DNA from: Chromera velia
Lineage: Eukaryota
Reading direction: 5' to 3'
Assembly: GCA_018398765.1 (NCBI GenBank)
Contig: JAHBMJ010000396.1
Coordinates: 1 to 49,132 of the forward strand
DNA length: 49,132 nucleotides
Shown here: positions 36,093 to 49,132 of the stretch, one piece after another
Position numbering within the stretch: position 1 is the stretch's first letter
Layout of the letters: each line of letters opens with the position of its first letter
Position numbers and translations under genes: made by a program
Notes under the pieces: model-generated
Databases searched by the model: none
What the model was told of the DNA's origin: nothing
The model's input: the letters and a program-made list of their open reading frames with translations, nothing else

Positions 36093-36738
36093 CCCCGGTT
36101 TTCCTGAGGTCTTCCCCCCGGCCCCCCGGATTTCGTGCGCAACTCCATCCGCTCCTCCCACTTCCTCTCCCCGTCCGAAAGAGAGACAGAGATATTGAGA
36201 GAGAGAGGGAGATGCTTGGACTTTGAGCCGAAGACAAGCCGCCAGACTCTGCTTGTGTGTGAGCGTGCGCATTCATTCATTCATTAATTTTTTGTGTCTT
36301 TAGTTGAGTCGACGTGAAAAAGAGTGACTGGTCCAGGGCGAGTCGAGGGAAGTGCAGAGGGCAGGGGGTGTGAAGGAATTGTCGAGCAGATTGCCATCCA
36401 ATTAATTTCTGGAGAAAAACTAAGAAACCGAAAATACTGCAGCAAGGAAGGGAGGCGACTAGCTGAAAAAGTGGTTTCGTGATTCATATTCGTTCTTCAA
36501 CGGACTAGTCAATGGATTGATCAATCGATCAATCGATCGATCGAGTGACTCTCTGTCGTGCCCTCTCTGACCCGTGAACTGGATTTCGTTCTTTCGTTTG
36601 ATATTACCTTCCCTTTATCTCTGTCCTCTTCTTTTCTTTTGCCTTCACTCTGACAGAAGGTCGTTGCATTCTGCAGATGAGTGACTGAAAGTCTTTTCCT
36701 CCGCCTCCCTGCCCTCCCGTCCAGAGAGAAAACCTTTT

Positions 36739-36773
<35 letters not shown>

Positions 36774-38078
36774 GTCTTTCTGTCTTTCTGTTTGGAGGAG
36801 CTAGGAGTTCAAAGGCAAACGCAAAATGTAACTCCGACCCGCTCCGACCTTCCTTCCTTTTCTATAGCAACTGTGTGTTACACCGCGAACGCGACGCAAC
36901 AGTGCAAGAGAGGAAGGAAGGAACGGGAGCCGCCCATCTGTCATCCTTTCTCTTCCCAAAGCCGCAAAGGGAGAATGAACGAATGAAGGCCACTGTACCT
37001 ACACCCTCACAAACGAAGGAACGCTACCCGAGGATGATGGGAAGAGTCCTCGGAAGACAAGCCGTGCTGTACGTGCCTTCTGATCTCTCTTCTTCTCCTG
37101 CATGTGTTGTCGACGTTCCAATCGAATGTCAAAAGAAAGGAAGAATCACAGAAAAAAAGAGGTTCAAGAGGATCGAGAGAGATCGAGTGAGGTGATGCAT
37201 CCACAGGAGAAACTCTCGAGCTTCTATGCAGCTGGATGAAGCTAGGAAGAGGGAGGATCATAATTCAAATGGAAGAGGGAAACTGACCTAGAAATTAATG
37301 GAAAAGAACAACTGCACTGCATGTATCAATATCATGGATTCATTTGATTGGTCCGCTGCAACTTTGGTAACTTATGACGGCAAGTTAACACAAGCAGGGC
37401 AGGTTCGTTCACTCAGCCTCACAGAACTACCATGTGATTCGATGATATGAAAGCTTACACTAAAACTAGCAGTAAAAAGTACTGATCATGAAAAGCAACA
37501 ACCAGCCTGAGAGCCTAGAGCAACAATCAAAATTCAAGTTTATTTTTTTAAAAAGACTTTAAAAAGTTAAAAGTTTAATAAAATATTAAAGTTTTAAGAT
37601 TTTGATAATCGAACTGCTAGATTGTACTAGATTGTAAAACGTTTGTGTAGTCGTTTTAAAGGCTTGGCTTTGCACTATAAAACTCTAAAATTAGATTATA
37701 AAATCACCTAAGTAGCAGAGACTAGCGCTTAATGCACAGCTCACAGCTAAAAACAAAGTCAGAATGTCAAAGTAACAAAGTTTCAAAATGTTAAAGTGAT
37801 GAACAGGCGGGTATTTGTTATGCATACTGCGTCCTCATATATAAGGGGCGCATATAAGCAGCTAATACTAATTAAATGCTAGTAGTAGATTAAAATGTTG
37901 TATAACTTTGTGTCTATCTCGTTTTTTAGTACTATGTGCGTCTATATGCACTTTAAAGTTCAAAAAAGCCACCAAGCAAATGCACTTCATTATGTCATAA
38001 GAAACCTAACTCAAACACATTTTTTTCATCGTTATTTTATCATGTTTGCTCGCCCACAAATATATGCCAAAGAATTTA

Positions 38079-38341
38079 TTATTTTCGCTTTCCTTTCTTT
38101 TTTTTTTCTCCTGGATTTCCAGCTTGTGGATCTGTCTCTGCACTCAGACTTTCAGACTGCCCCCTTGCCGCCCCACCCCCTGAGGTCCTCCTGGAGGACC
38201 TCCCTCCCCCCCCTTCTCCGCCTGCGACTCCAGTGGCTGCCGTTGGCGCCTGGCTGCCTCTGTAGATTTTCATTGAAGTCAAAAAGAGATCCTCCAGTCC
38301 TGACACACACACACACACACTCACACACACATACACGCACG

Positions 38342-38380
<39 letters not shown>

Positions 38381-40335
38381 GGAGAGAGAGAGAGTCCGAA
38401 GACCAAAGCCCTGCTCAGCACAAGAGCTCAACGAGCGTCTTGCACTCACTCGGACGATCTGGTTGGGCGTTCTACATTGACTGCCTTTCTACTATCGAGG
38501 ACTTTTCATTAGTTGGTTGGAGAAGAGCCTTCCTTCTGCGGTCTGGGGACGACAACGCAAGCAGAGCGGGGCGGGGCGGGGTCAGCAGAAAGAAATATCT
38601 AATTGGATGCATGCAGAGGGAAGGGGAAAGAGAAAAGAGAGAGACTCACATGCAGATGAAAAGCATAAAAAACAAAAACAAGTGAAATTGAAGTGCACCG
38701 CCAATCACTTGTATCACCCATCCGACATATCCTTATCCTTCCTACCTGCCTGTCTGCAGAGGGAGGCCAGCTGGCTCATCTCCTCGGGGCCCAGTTGAGA
38801 CATGCGACGGGGCAACGCTCTCATCGAATCGAGGTCTCCACCCTCTCTTCCTGCAGGCAGTCAGCTAGGCAGCTAGGCATCAAGCGCCAAAACATAAAAT
38901 GCATGGGTCCGCACGGAGAAAACAAAATCTATCATGTCAGAGCAGGACTGTCCAGACTTCTCTCCTCTCCTCTCTTCGGAGAGGAGAGACAAACACGAAG
39001 AGAGGCTTGCAAGACAGACGAGAGCTGCGCAGCTCGCTTTCTTTGCACTCTTCTGGATACAGCTGGAGAAACGGATTGAATTCTGGTGAAAGAAACAGAG
39101 AGGATGGAAGAGGGTGCATGGGCATCGAGAGAACGAAGGAAGGAAGGAAAGAATGAGTCGTCATTTCTCTCCCTCCCTCCAGCACAACCTTATCTGTGCG
39201 CACCGATGCTGATGATCACATGATGACTGACTGACCTTCTGTGATCTGTTCACCCCTAACGACAAAATGTTTCCAGCGAAGCCGTTGGAGCCGGGACACG
39301 TACTCCTGCACATGCATAAGAGAGCGAAGCATTTTTGAGGAAATCAAAAGAAAGAACAGGGGAACCCAGAGAAAAGGAAAGTACGGGAACCGGCCAGTTG
39401 GACATCTTATGATGAGTGCGCTGTCTGAAATCTTACAGCTAGGTTTCTGTTTTTGTCTTGCTCATTGGGAAACTGACGCGGATCGGAGCAACCACAGACG
39501 CTCAGATAAGCTGGGAGTAAGCTGGGAGCAAGCTGGGAGGAAAATGCGAGCATTGAGGGAAGCTGGGGAAGCTTCAGACAAAAGAGAGAGACTACTGTAC
39601 ATAGACACACAGAAAGCCCTGCACCCACCTGTACGCACTGCTCGTCGCCCTCGACAACGATTACTCCAGGGTACCCTGCAGCATCGATGCGTTCATTCTT
39701 TCCGTTCATCCTTTTTGCGTTTATGTGTATGCAACGAAGAGCCGAAAATTACAAAACGACTCTCGGAACCCTTCTTCAATCCCGATAGGTCGACTGATCC
39801 TCCGGCACCCACATGTATGTAGCGAATTCAGACTCACGAAGTTTGGGAACGTTCATACAAACAAACATGCATGCATACAGACTCTATCAATACATGGATG
39901 GATCCAACAGCACGAATGATCGATTGCTGAGGGCCATTTTGTTCACAGGTGACATGACCAGAAGTAGTCGCGTTGTTCTCACACACTTCCATGAGGTCAA
40001 GTTGAATCACATGCAGGGAGCAGCAGGATGGATGGATGGATAGATGGATGGATGGATGGATGGATGGATGGATGGATAGATGGATGGATGGATGGATGGA
40101 TGGATGGATGGATGGGCTCGCTTTTCAGAGGAGAAGATCTCGACGAACAAAGCGCATCGATGGATGTCCTTTGATCGAATCCGTTCAGTTTCCTGTTGCG
40201 ACAGAGATCGATCGAGACAGCTAGCTGGACCGTGCATACAGAATTCTTTTTCTGTATGAAAATATTGCGACAGACATCGAGACAGCTATCAGGTGTACCA
40301 AGGGTGAATTAAGTTAAACACCATGCAAACAGCTG

Positions 40336-40366
<31 letters not shown>

Positions 40367-40370
40367 AAAA

Positions 40371-40406
<36 letters not shown>

Positions 40407-40487
40407 CAGACAGACAGACAGACGGACGGACAGACAGACAGACAGACAGAAAGCAAGAAAGAAAGCAAGAAAGAAAGAAAGAGAGAC

Positions 40488-40582
<95 letters not shown>

Positions 40583-41221
40583 AAAAAAGAAAAAAATAAA
40601 TAAAGAGAATCGACGGACCAACTTTGGAGTACCCCCCGAGGCCGAGTTCAGCCGCCCACCTGCATGCATGTAGCAGGAGGGAAGAAAGACCACATGTGCC
40701 CATGAGAAAGAAAGCACGGACATCAAACTCCAATTAACAAAACTGAAACTGAGGAAAGGAAAGGAGAGGGGCAGAAATGTGACTCAAGGAAGCCGAGACA
40801 GGACGTGGGCGACATGAATTCTGCAGAACGTGCAAACAACCCAATTAATTAAACCACTGACTCCAGAATTGCTCTTTTTTTGGACTCTGCCCTGATGTGG
40901 TGAGAGTAGAGAAGGCGTCGCCCAAGCACGGGGGGACCCGCACGTCGAAATTCCACGGGGAATGTCCCCATGACCACCCTGGGGCCAGAAGAAGAGGAAG
41001 CGCCGTCTCCGTCTTCCTCTTCGGACTCTCCCCCAGATATGGCATCCTGCATGCGTGCAGTGATTTCATTACATCGATACTCACTGAACATGCAGATTCG
41101 TGTATGTGCATGCCTGCGTACAGTCAGGCCCTATCGCGTTCAGTCGTCTTGTCTGAAGCAAGAGGAAGCTGGATTGGAGGCTATCGCCCTATTTCCCCTG
41201 ACATACACACGTACGCACACG

Positions 41222-41269
<48 letters not shown>

Positions 41270-41719
41270 CACACACACACACACGCACGCACACATACAC
41301 ACACAAAAAGAGAGAAACAGTAGGCGCCAGAGAGACAGAGTCGGCACGCCCAGGCTCCCCAGCTTGCTTGTCTTTAATTCTGTCTGCCTTTTTGTCTGCA
41401 GGAGCTCATCAGTCGGTGTCCCGCTCTTCTCCTTACCATAAAGACAACCTCTCAGCTTTCTTTTTGAAACTCTCTCTTTCTCTCTGCTTGTGCATAACTG
41501 CTCTCAACCGAATACATTCAGGAATCCTCTCTGACCTCTCCTTGACCTGCGTTGCATCTTAAGAAGCGGTTCATGAAGAGGACAAAATACGACTCACTTC
41601 ACTTAACTACGGCCAAGCGCGTATAAGTCAGAGACTTCCCCCAGAGTCTTCAGAAGGTCTTTGTCGATTCCCTCTTTTGGGAGTTTTGTGTGCGCGTGCA
41701 TATGCGTGTTTATGTATGA

Positions 41720-41792
<73 letters not shown>

Positions 41793-43209
41793 GGTGTGTA
41801 TGCTGACCTCCGTCTGGATCCCCTGAAGTCTTTGGAAGGTTTCGAGAAACTCCAATTCTTCTCTCTTGTCTTCTGCGATCTGCTCGCGGCAGCTTTCCTG
41901 CATGCGTGAGTGCGTGCGTCAAGAAGAGTGGGAGGGTAGGCCCGATAGACAAATGAGAGGACGAAACAGTTGTGTTACAGTGTGGATTGGGGATGTGTGC
42001 AAGAATTCATTTGCATGGGAGTGGAGTATGGGTTGATCGGTATTCTTCAAGAAGGTGTGTGAAGAAGAGAGGGAATACGAACGGAAACGAACCACACAGT
42101 GTGGTTATCTCTTCCTCCTGGTTTCTCTTCTTGTGCACTCGCATGTCTGTTTTTGGTGTTTCCTTGAAAAAAAAAGAAACACGGACTAACCGACCCGTGC
42201 AGCCTCCACCACTTGAAAAAGACATTCCTGTCCTGCAGACAAGCAATCGATTCATGCATGCATTGTATTTCTCTGGATTCACGCAGCCAGCCAGACGACT
42301 TGGAGGATGGATGCGGCTGACTGCGCTGCAGTCAACGGATGCACCGAAACTCAGAAAAGAAAAAGAAAAAGAACACAACGCACATGAGCAGATAGAAAGA
42401 ACATCGCAATCAGAGAAACGAAGAAGAAAGCGTCGCACGGCTGGGATGGAAGAGGAGTTCTTTTCTGATCGACGCATGCAGGAAAAAGTCGGGACTGGAA
42501 AAGGAGAGGAACAGAACGTTCCCGCGGCACAAGAAAGAAAAAGATCATTCGTACAGCCATCTTTTCACGCGGAGATCTCTCCCGGCCAACATGCCACATA
42601 TATACAGGCAGTCTGCATGGCACATGATGGCAGTTCAAACTTCAAACCTGACCTGGCACCTCTTCTGCTGCCGTCCTTGCCGATGCCGCAATCCGCTCAC
42701 ACCTAGATGGCGGCAGCTCTCCTGACACCACACAGAACTTTGGAGCGTCGCACTGCAGATGCATGCACACGCACACAAAGTTTATATTCTCATTTATAGT
42801 GGGAATGTTCGACCCCTTCTCGTCTTCAGCGGTGTGCATCAGGGGGCTTGACGCTCACCTGAGGATACAGCAGAGGAAGAGAGACGCTCATGGAGACCCT
42901 CCCTGCCTGCAGACCCCCGTCTCCCTTGCGAGCGAGGGTCACCAACAGTGACAAGAGGGGCGGCAATGTTGCCGTCTCTGGACACTTACAGAATGCCGAA
43001 GCAGCATTGCGGGCCTGTTCGTCGAATTCAATAATCCCGTCAAGACTGTACATGGCCTGTACTGCTTCCAACTCCTCTAACTGTCGCGTCAAGGCGTCGC
43101 ACACCTCGCTGCGGGACGGTGCACTGCCGCTCTCCTCCGGCCCTTGACCTGCAGCTTGGTCAGGCGGAGAAAGCGCCGTCTCCTTTTCCTTCGCCCTCCA
43201 CTGATACAT
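38079..43209 (-). CDS. RWD domain-containing protein 2-like (RWD + DUF1115), multi-exon
   Basis: Exon peptides in order: [12 protein letters not shown]...[81 protein letters not shown], ending at a stop at 38079. Confidence 0.85.
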
Positions 43210-43921
43210 GTTCGAGATTGATGTCAGTGCATGGCATGCCGATTCATTCCTGGCACTGCGAACGCAGTTGCGAAGAGGCTGTTACGAACACTCGCGGCTG
43301 CGCAAGGTACTATCAAGCGGCTGTAGGCTGACACCATGCAGTCCTGCATGCATGCCAGATGCGGTATTTTGGTGCGGGATAGACGGACCGCGCGCAGGGA
43401 GTTTTTTTCTTTGGCCCCGGATCGAAAGCACATGGCGTGGGGCACTTAAAAAAATTGTGCCGGAATGGCAGCATGCATGTTCAACTGATTGTTGCAGGGT
43501 TGCAGTGATGCAGGTAATTAAATTCTGCACGCACGAGACCCTCTCGAAGACAGATACAGCGAGATACAGTGAGTTCTCTCTGAAACATCAAATCTGCTGA
43601 CAGTTCACCGTATGCCCCCTGTTGCCTGGCAATCAGACAACCACAGATTCCGAGACTTCCTTCCACAGTTGTATATATATTGATGTATATCTGACAATCA
43701 GAAGACAGTTCGTTCTTTCTTACAAGCTTTTTTTCGCAAATTGCACGTGTTGTCGATTGCTGGCACTGGCTGCCCCTGAACGCTTCACTTCTTCCTGATG
43801 ATGAGATTTTGAACAGACAGCAACACACAGGATTGCTGCCTTGTGCAATAGACGCGGCTCGGGAAAACACTGGACTGAGCGTATACGTGTTGCATGTTAT
43901 ACGCGGTTGGTGTAAATCCCA

Positions 43922-45301
43922 ATGTTGAACTTACTGGCGGCTGCGCTTGCATGTATCCCTTTTCTGTACGCAAGCATTGACAATGCGATGCTGATCGACG
44001 CTTCTCAGATTCCCAGTGGTGCCCACGTTCATCTGCGTTCCTCAGAAGGGGAGGAAGGGGAGGAAGGTGGGGGGAAAGATCAGTTTCTTTCTGTCAGGAG
44101 CCTGCACACGGCCCCAGGGACAGGCGTCTGTTTGCGAGGCAACCGAGACGCGTGGGAGAGCTTTGAGTGGATCGTCCACAAAGAAGTAGACGGAGGGGGC
44201 ATGGTCGTGTCGTTGAGAAACGCGAAGGGGGGGTGTCTCTCTCCCAGCAGGGGGGGGGGCTTCACCTTCCGGTCCTGGTGTAGTGCGTGGGAAAGGTTTC
44301 AAGTGGAGGTGGTGACAGAGGAGGCAGACTGGCCGAGAGCTGCCGTCACCCTGAGGGTGATGCAGCCAGAGGCAAGAAGGGGCGAGGCCGTCCAGGTCAA
44401 GGGGCAAAGGGGATCTCCCCGCTGGATTGTGCACTTCGCCGAAGCCCCCAGACTGAACTTGGCGCCCCTGTTGACACTCTCGGGCTCTGCAAGGTTTGCA
44501 TATACGTATGAAGACCTTCCCACTGACGCACGCAGCCTGGTAGATCTGCTTGTGTGGGCCCACAAAGACACGGGCTTCTTCCTTGCCTACGGCCATGGGG
44601 TGGACGTGGGGGTCCTCGAGGCGTTGAAGGCGGAGACGGCAAAGGAGCCGGAGAGCCGTCTCCCGATCTCCTATACAGGAGGGGATGACTCTAAGCACAA
44701 GACCAACACAGGGCTGGTGGAAGAGCGGAGACATAAAAGGAAGTCTTCTCCCCACCTAGAAAGGGGAGTCCGACCTTTAGAGCTGAAGGAGAGGGTGCAG
44801 ACGTACATGACTGAGGTCACCCGTCTGGCCGAAGATCTCCTTCTCCTCTTTGCCTTTGGTGAGGCACGGGGAAAAGGTGGAAGAGAAGGGAAAAGCTCTG
44901 AGTCAAAAAGCAGCATTGAGTCCGTAAAGTGGGTACAGGACTTCATGGGCCCATCCCGTGTCCTGGGACTCCGTTTCCTCGTCTACCCCCCAGGACCGAT
45001 GGAAGACGAAGAGGGAAGGAAGGTGGTGACAACGCACCGCCATACGGACGCGACGTTCATCACCCTACTGGTGGAGGACCAGGTGGGTGGACTGCAAGCG
45101 AAGGCGAGAGGGGACAGGTGGTATGAGGTCAGAAGCGCCTCGGGAGATATTATCGTGAACACTGGGAATGTCCTTGAGGAGCGCTCTGAGGGTTTCTATC
45201 CTGCTGTATGCCACCGAGTTATCCGACAAAACGAAGATCGGACAAGAGTGAGCATGCCATTTTTTTACGACTTTGCGGGCTCAAAAACGAAAGGGTGTTA
45301 A
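43922..45301 (+). CDS. 2OG-Fe(II) oxygenase (IPNS-like) with signal peptide and fascin-like N-terminal repeats
   Basis: Oxygenase motifs GFFLAYGHGV, HxD (HTD), GGLQ, VNTG, HRV and RVSMPFF. The N-terminus is hydrophobic and followed by LRS..FLS..WESF / SLRN..CLS..WERF repeats. Confidence 0.85.
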   Translation: MLNLLAAALACIPFLYASIDNAMLIDASQIPSGAHVHLRSSEGEEGEEGGGKDQFLSVRSLHTAPGTGVCLRGNRDAWESFEWIVHKEVDGGGMVVSLRNAKGGCLSPSRGGGFTFRSWCSAWERFQVEVVTEEADWPRAAVTLRVMQPEARRGEAVQVKGQRGSPRWIVHFAEAPRLNLAPLLTLSGSARFAYTYEDLPTDARSLVDLLVWAHKDTGFFLAYGHGVDVGVLEALKAETAKEPESRLPISYTGGDDSKHKTNTGLVEERRHKRKSSPHLERGVRPLELKERVQTYMTEVTRLAEDLLLLFAFGEARGKGGREGKSSESKSSIESVKWVQDFMGPSRVLGLRFLVYPPGPMEDEEGRKVVTTHRHTDATFITLLVEDQVGGLQAKARGDRWYEVRSASGDIIVNTGNVLEERSEGFYPAVCHRVIRQNEDRTRVSMPFFYDFAGSKTKGC

Positions 45302-45835
45302 GTGAAAATCAATTCCAAAACGTGCTGTATCTATTGTTACGGTGGGCTTGAACAACAATAATGATAATAATAATAATAATAATACACACGGCAATAGGTT
45401 TCCCTTCATATTCAAGTGTAGTAATGAACTACTATGTGCACAAAAAATCTTTAAAACTTTACTCGTATTAAAACATAACTTTCTATAGTCTAGAATCTCT
45501 CACTACTTCTTCTCCACACACTCATCAGCACTGAGACTCCTGAAATGTAGCTACTAGCTATAGTCATAAACTCATATATATAAATAAAAAATATCTCTAG
45601 AAATATGTTTTGATTGATTGATTGATTGATATGTTCCACTTTAGGGCCTTCCCGCTATGTCTAGGCTAGTACTAAGGGCAATGACAATAAACGCACTGAT
45701 TAAATGGGTGGTGAGACCTCAATTATTTAAGATACAATCAATCAATCAATCAATAGCGGGATCTAGAGCGGGATACATACTTTATTACATAGTGGGAAAG
45801 CGTAACGCAAAATTAATCAATTAATGAAATCACTG

Positions 45836-46123
45836 ATCTATGGGTCAGCTGACACTGCCTGACAGTGTAAATACTTCACTATTCATTTATTCATTCATTC
45901 ATTTATTCATTCGTTCAATTCAGTGAAAGCTATTTCTATAGAAGAAATTAGAATAGTATACTATTCATGAACAGTAAACTATTTGGAGTGCAAACAACTT
46001 TAAATGTTAAAAACAAATTGAAAGAATATAGTTAGTTCTGAAATAGTTACAGTAAGTTACTATTCTGAATTTTTTTAAATAGTTGCTATTCTGACAGTTA
46101 AAAAAAAAAGCCGACCCATAGAT
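45836..46123. mobile_element. Possible small MITE
   Basis: 15-bp inverted ends ATCTATGGGTCAGCT and AGCCGACCCATAGAT (one mismatch) around an AT-rich core. Confidence 0.5.
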
Positions 46124-46401
46124 ACGCGATGGCGGCGGCGGCGCGGCATGCAGTGACTGGCACTAGTAGTTATTCCAAAGTTTTTTTTTTTTTCGCTAGA
46201 ATATTCAACGTATAATACATACTATGTAACATATACGTATGATAATCTAGATATTGATATATACTAAGTCCAAGACTCTAGAGAAGAGTTGTAAGTCATC
46301 AATTCTTAATTTTTTATTAGTTTTCATTAGTTTTTTGTATTCAAGTTCAGGATCAAAATTTCTGCTGGCTTGGTTCCTCGTGAATCATGATAAGCGAAGA
46401 T

Positions 46402-47033
46402 TCAACGTAAAGCTGCAAACAAAGAGCCAGTCACGTCAGCGCGTATAGAGGGACAGAGATCCTGATCGCTTTCGAGTCTCTTGCGGTAGCGTCCAGCGTG
46501 AGAGGAAAAACGGGGTTTGTCTCTTTCCGACAGTTCCCCTCCTCTCACAAGGAGCTCCTTCACAATCTTCCATTGTTCACTCGCGATCGTGGACATCAAC
46601 GGGCTCTTCACATGTTCAGCTCTAGCTCCTGTCGCGTTCACAGCGACGCCCCTTTCAAGGAGCGCCATTACCCCCACCTCCCAGCGCTCCTCGATGGCGG
46701 TGCGGAGGGGCCACCGCTTCTGGTACCACTTCTTGCTTCCCATGTCATTGGAGTTGGGGTTGATTCCGTGGGGCTTTTCCAACTCCCTCAGAGGAACCGA
46801 CTGGATGATCTGCAGGAGCAGGGGGCCCTTCACAGGCCTGCTGGCAAGTCGCGCTTCGTCGCCCTCGAAAAACAAGCTGGAAACCCAACCCTCGTCACAG
46901 CAGATCAGGTCAGCAAGCCATGACCCAGACCCCCATTCTGGCCTTCTACTAGTAGCGTCTGTCTCAGGGGGCCACCTAGTGGCCAGAAGGGCAGGGTCTG
47001 CTCCCATCTGCAGGAGAGCAAAGAATGGAATCA

Positions 47034-47106
<73 letters not shown>

Positions 47107-47254
47107 ATGTGTGTGTGTGTGTGTGTGTGTATGTGCATGTGTGTGTGTGTGTGTGTGTGTGTGCATGTACGTGTGTGTGTGTGTGTGTGTGTGTGTGTCT
47201 GTGTGTGCGTGCATATGTGTATGTATGTGTGTGTGTGAGTGTGCGTGTGTGTAT

Positions 47255-47295
<41 letters not shown>

Positions 47296-47475
47296 CGTGT
47301 GTGTGTGTGCGTGCGTGTGTGTGTGTGTGTGTGTGTGCATGTACGTGTGTGTGTGCGTGTGCGTGTGCGTGTGCGTGTGCGTGCATATGTGTATGTATGT
47401 GTGTGTGTGAGTGTGTGTGTGAATGTGTGTGTGTGTGTGGCATGTGTGTGCATGCGTGTGTGTGTGTGTGTGTTT

Positions 47476-47518
<43 letters not shown>

Positions 47519-47537
47519 TGAATGTGTGAATGTGTGA

Positions 47538-47571
<34 letters not shown>

Positions 47572-49132
47572 AATCACGTGCACTCGAGAATCAAATCAAA
47601 TTAGTCAATGAAGAAAACTAGCTGCTTTACGTATCTACGCGTGAGAGCAGAAGATTGATGCGTGAGAGCAACAGTAGAGTACAGAGTGAAATTCCAACAC
47701 ACCAAAGAGGTGAATGAAGAAGAACACGCAAAGCTCGACAAAAGACAGGCAGACAGTACCGCACGGATTTACTAGGGCACCCTGAGCGAGAGGGACAGAG
47801 GGAGAGAAGGAAAGAGTGCAAGAACATATATCGGCTTTACTTTCTCACTCACCTCCACAAGCGTTTCTACCAAAATCCAGGACTTTTTGAGCGCCATGTT
47901 TGCTTCTCGCTCTAGCTCACGCTCTCTGTCCCACTCCGCTCCAGAGTCTTCGGAGTCAGAGTAGAATTCCTCACACCATGCATTCATGCTCGCATTCTCG
48001 GTTCTCCTGTGCGTCAGGACTGCTGCTAGTGGGCACCCCATCTCCCAGACCTGCTTATTTTTTATGATGACCCCACTGGCGTTCGGATCTGCCCCCCCGC
48101 TCTCGCACAAGAAACGGACGAGCGCTGAATCTCTCATACAACACGCAAACAGTAACGGAGAAATCCTGCTCTGCTCAGGCAGCTGCTGGGTCTCAACCCC
48201 GACCCCTTCGCTCGCTTCGCTGTCGGGGAGGAGGGCCCGCGGGGCGCAGCGGGCCCCGGCGTGTACCAGGAGCTTCGTAAGCTCTGCGACCTCCCGCTCA
48301 GAATCGGGCCCCCCTGCAGGGGCGACCAGTCTGTACATGACAGCCTGCAAGGGATACGCCCTCGTGGCCGGAAGACTGAGTGGCTGGGGAGGCTCGAACA
48401 GCCCGATCTCGTTGGGGTCTGCCCCTGCCTGCAGAAGCAAGGAGACCAGACTGAAGCGGGGGGGGGAATGGGAGGCCGGGCTGAACACAAGTGCTTCACT
48501 CAGAGGCAGCCTCCGCTTTCGCCCCAGGGCCTGACCCCCGTTCACTGCCGCCCCTTTTCTCACAAGAGCTTCCGCGGTTGACTTCATGTTGCGGCGGCAT
48601 GCCAGAGACAAGGGAGAGTGACCATCGTTGGCCAGCCTCCTATTCAGGTCTGCCCCCGATTCTGCAAGCACCTCGACCACCCTCGCCATCATCTGGTCAG
48701 GACGGTTTTGCCACTCACGCAACATAACGCGCGTGCCTGCTAAATACGGAACAGAAACGACATACGGCACTGGATAGTCCTGTAGATCGGATACCGGAGG
48801 GTCATCGTCGTGAACCCCAGGGATATTCGGGTCTGCCCCTCCTTTCTCGCACAACAGTCTGACGAGCTCGAGGCTGCACATGCAGGCGGCGTGCAAGGGT
48901 GACACCCTGCTGCGAGGAGGTGCGTCGTTTTGTTCCTCGGAGGGGGGGTTCGTCTCCTCAGTCTGACTGCATCTGGCACCGTGGTCTATCAGCAGCTGAG
49001 CCGTTCGCACAACAGTCTCAGCGTCAAGGCCATTGTTGTCCAGCTGCGAGGTTGCGATCAGCTGCAGAGGGGTGTAGAGTCTCAGAGGGGGAGAAGAGAG
49101 CTGGCCCCACAGGGTCCTCCTCTTTGCTAATC
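46402..49132 (-). CDS. Ankyrin-repeat protein, 5'-truncated by the window end
   Basis: Repeated SPLHAAC..LVRLLCEKGGADPN, SPLSLAC..LVRKGAAVN and LLQAGADPN motifs. A GT-AG intron at 47852-47008 contains a (TG)n tract. Confidence 0.85.
47035..47568. repeat. Compound (TA)n/(TG)n microsatellite in an intron
   Basis: Directly visible. Similar simple repeats occur at ~26720-26815, 33770-34050, 40027-40113, 40335-40600, 41205-41305 and 41722-41795. Confidence 0.95.

Noticed and set aside
33662..47583. His/Thr, Val/Cys, Lys/Glu/Arg and Met/Asp/Gly/Trp low-complexity ORFs, and ORFs spanning the N gap
   Set aside because: These are translations of intronic microsatellites or assembly gaps.

Overview
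Eukaryotic nuclear DNA, probably a chromerid alga such as Chromera (inferred from GT-AG introns full of microsatellites, a signal peptide + Phe-start plastid presequence and an ankyrin gene). Bases ~1-28,000 are a transposable-element island. It holds (i) a ~4.3 kb capsid-less element with a circovirus-like Rep (HUH + SF3 helicase), a T5orf172/GIY-YIG protein with chromodomain-like remnants and a P-loop ATPase, bounded by inverted copies of a CRESS origin-like sequence; the right end is a 96-bp array carrying AAGTATTAC. It also holds (ii) a very large decayed Ty1/copia element with extra coding sequence and a MITE insertion, (iii) a decayed copia element with unusual CG...CA LTRs, and (iv) a non-autonomous LTR element with a hAT-type MITE in one LTR. 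Bases ~28,600-49,132 carry host genes: a 5-exon, probably plastid-targeted peroxiredoxin-like (AhpC/TSA_2, SelU-like) selenoprotein with an in-frame UGA in a UxxC motif and a non-canonical SECIS candidate; a tandem CCCH zinc-finger gene; an RWDD2-like gene; a fascin-like/2OG-Fe(II) oxygenase fusion; and a partial ankyrin-repeat gene. All family calls are by motif recognition only; no searches were run.
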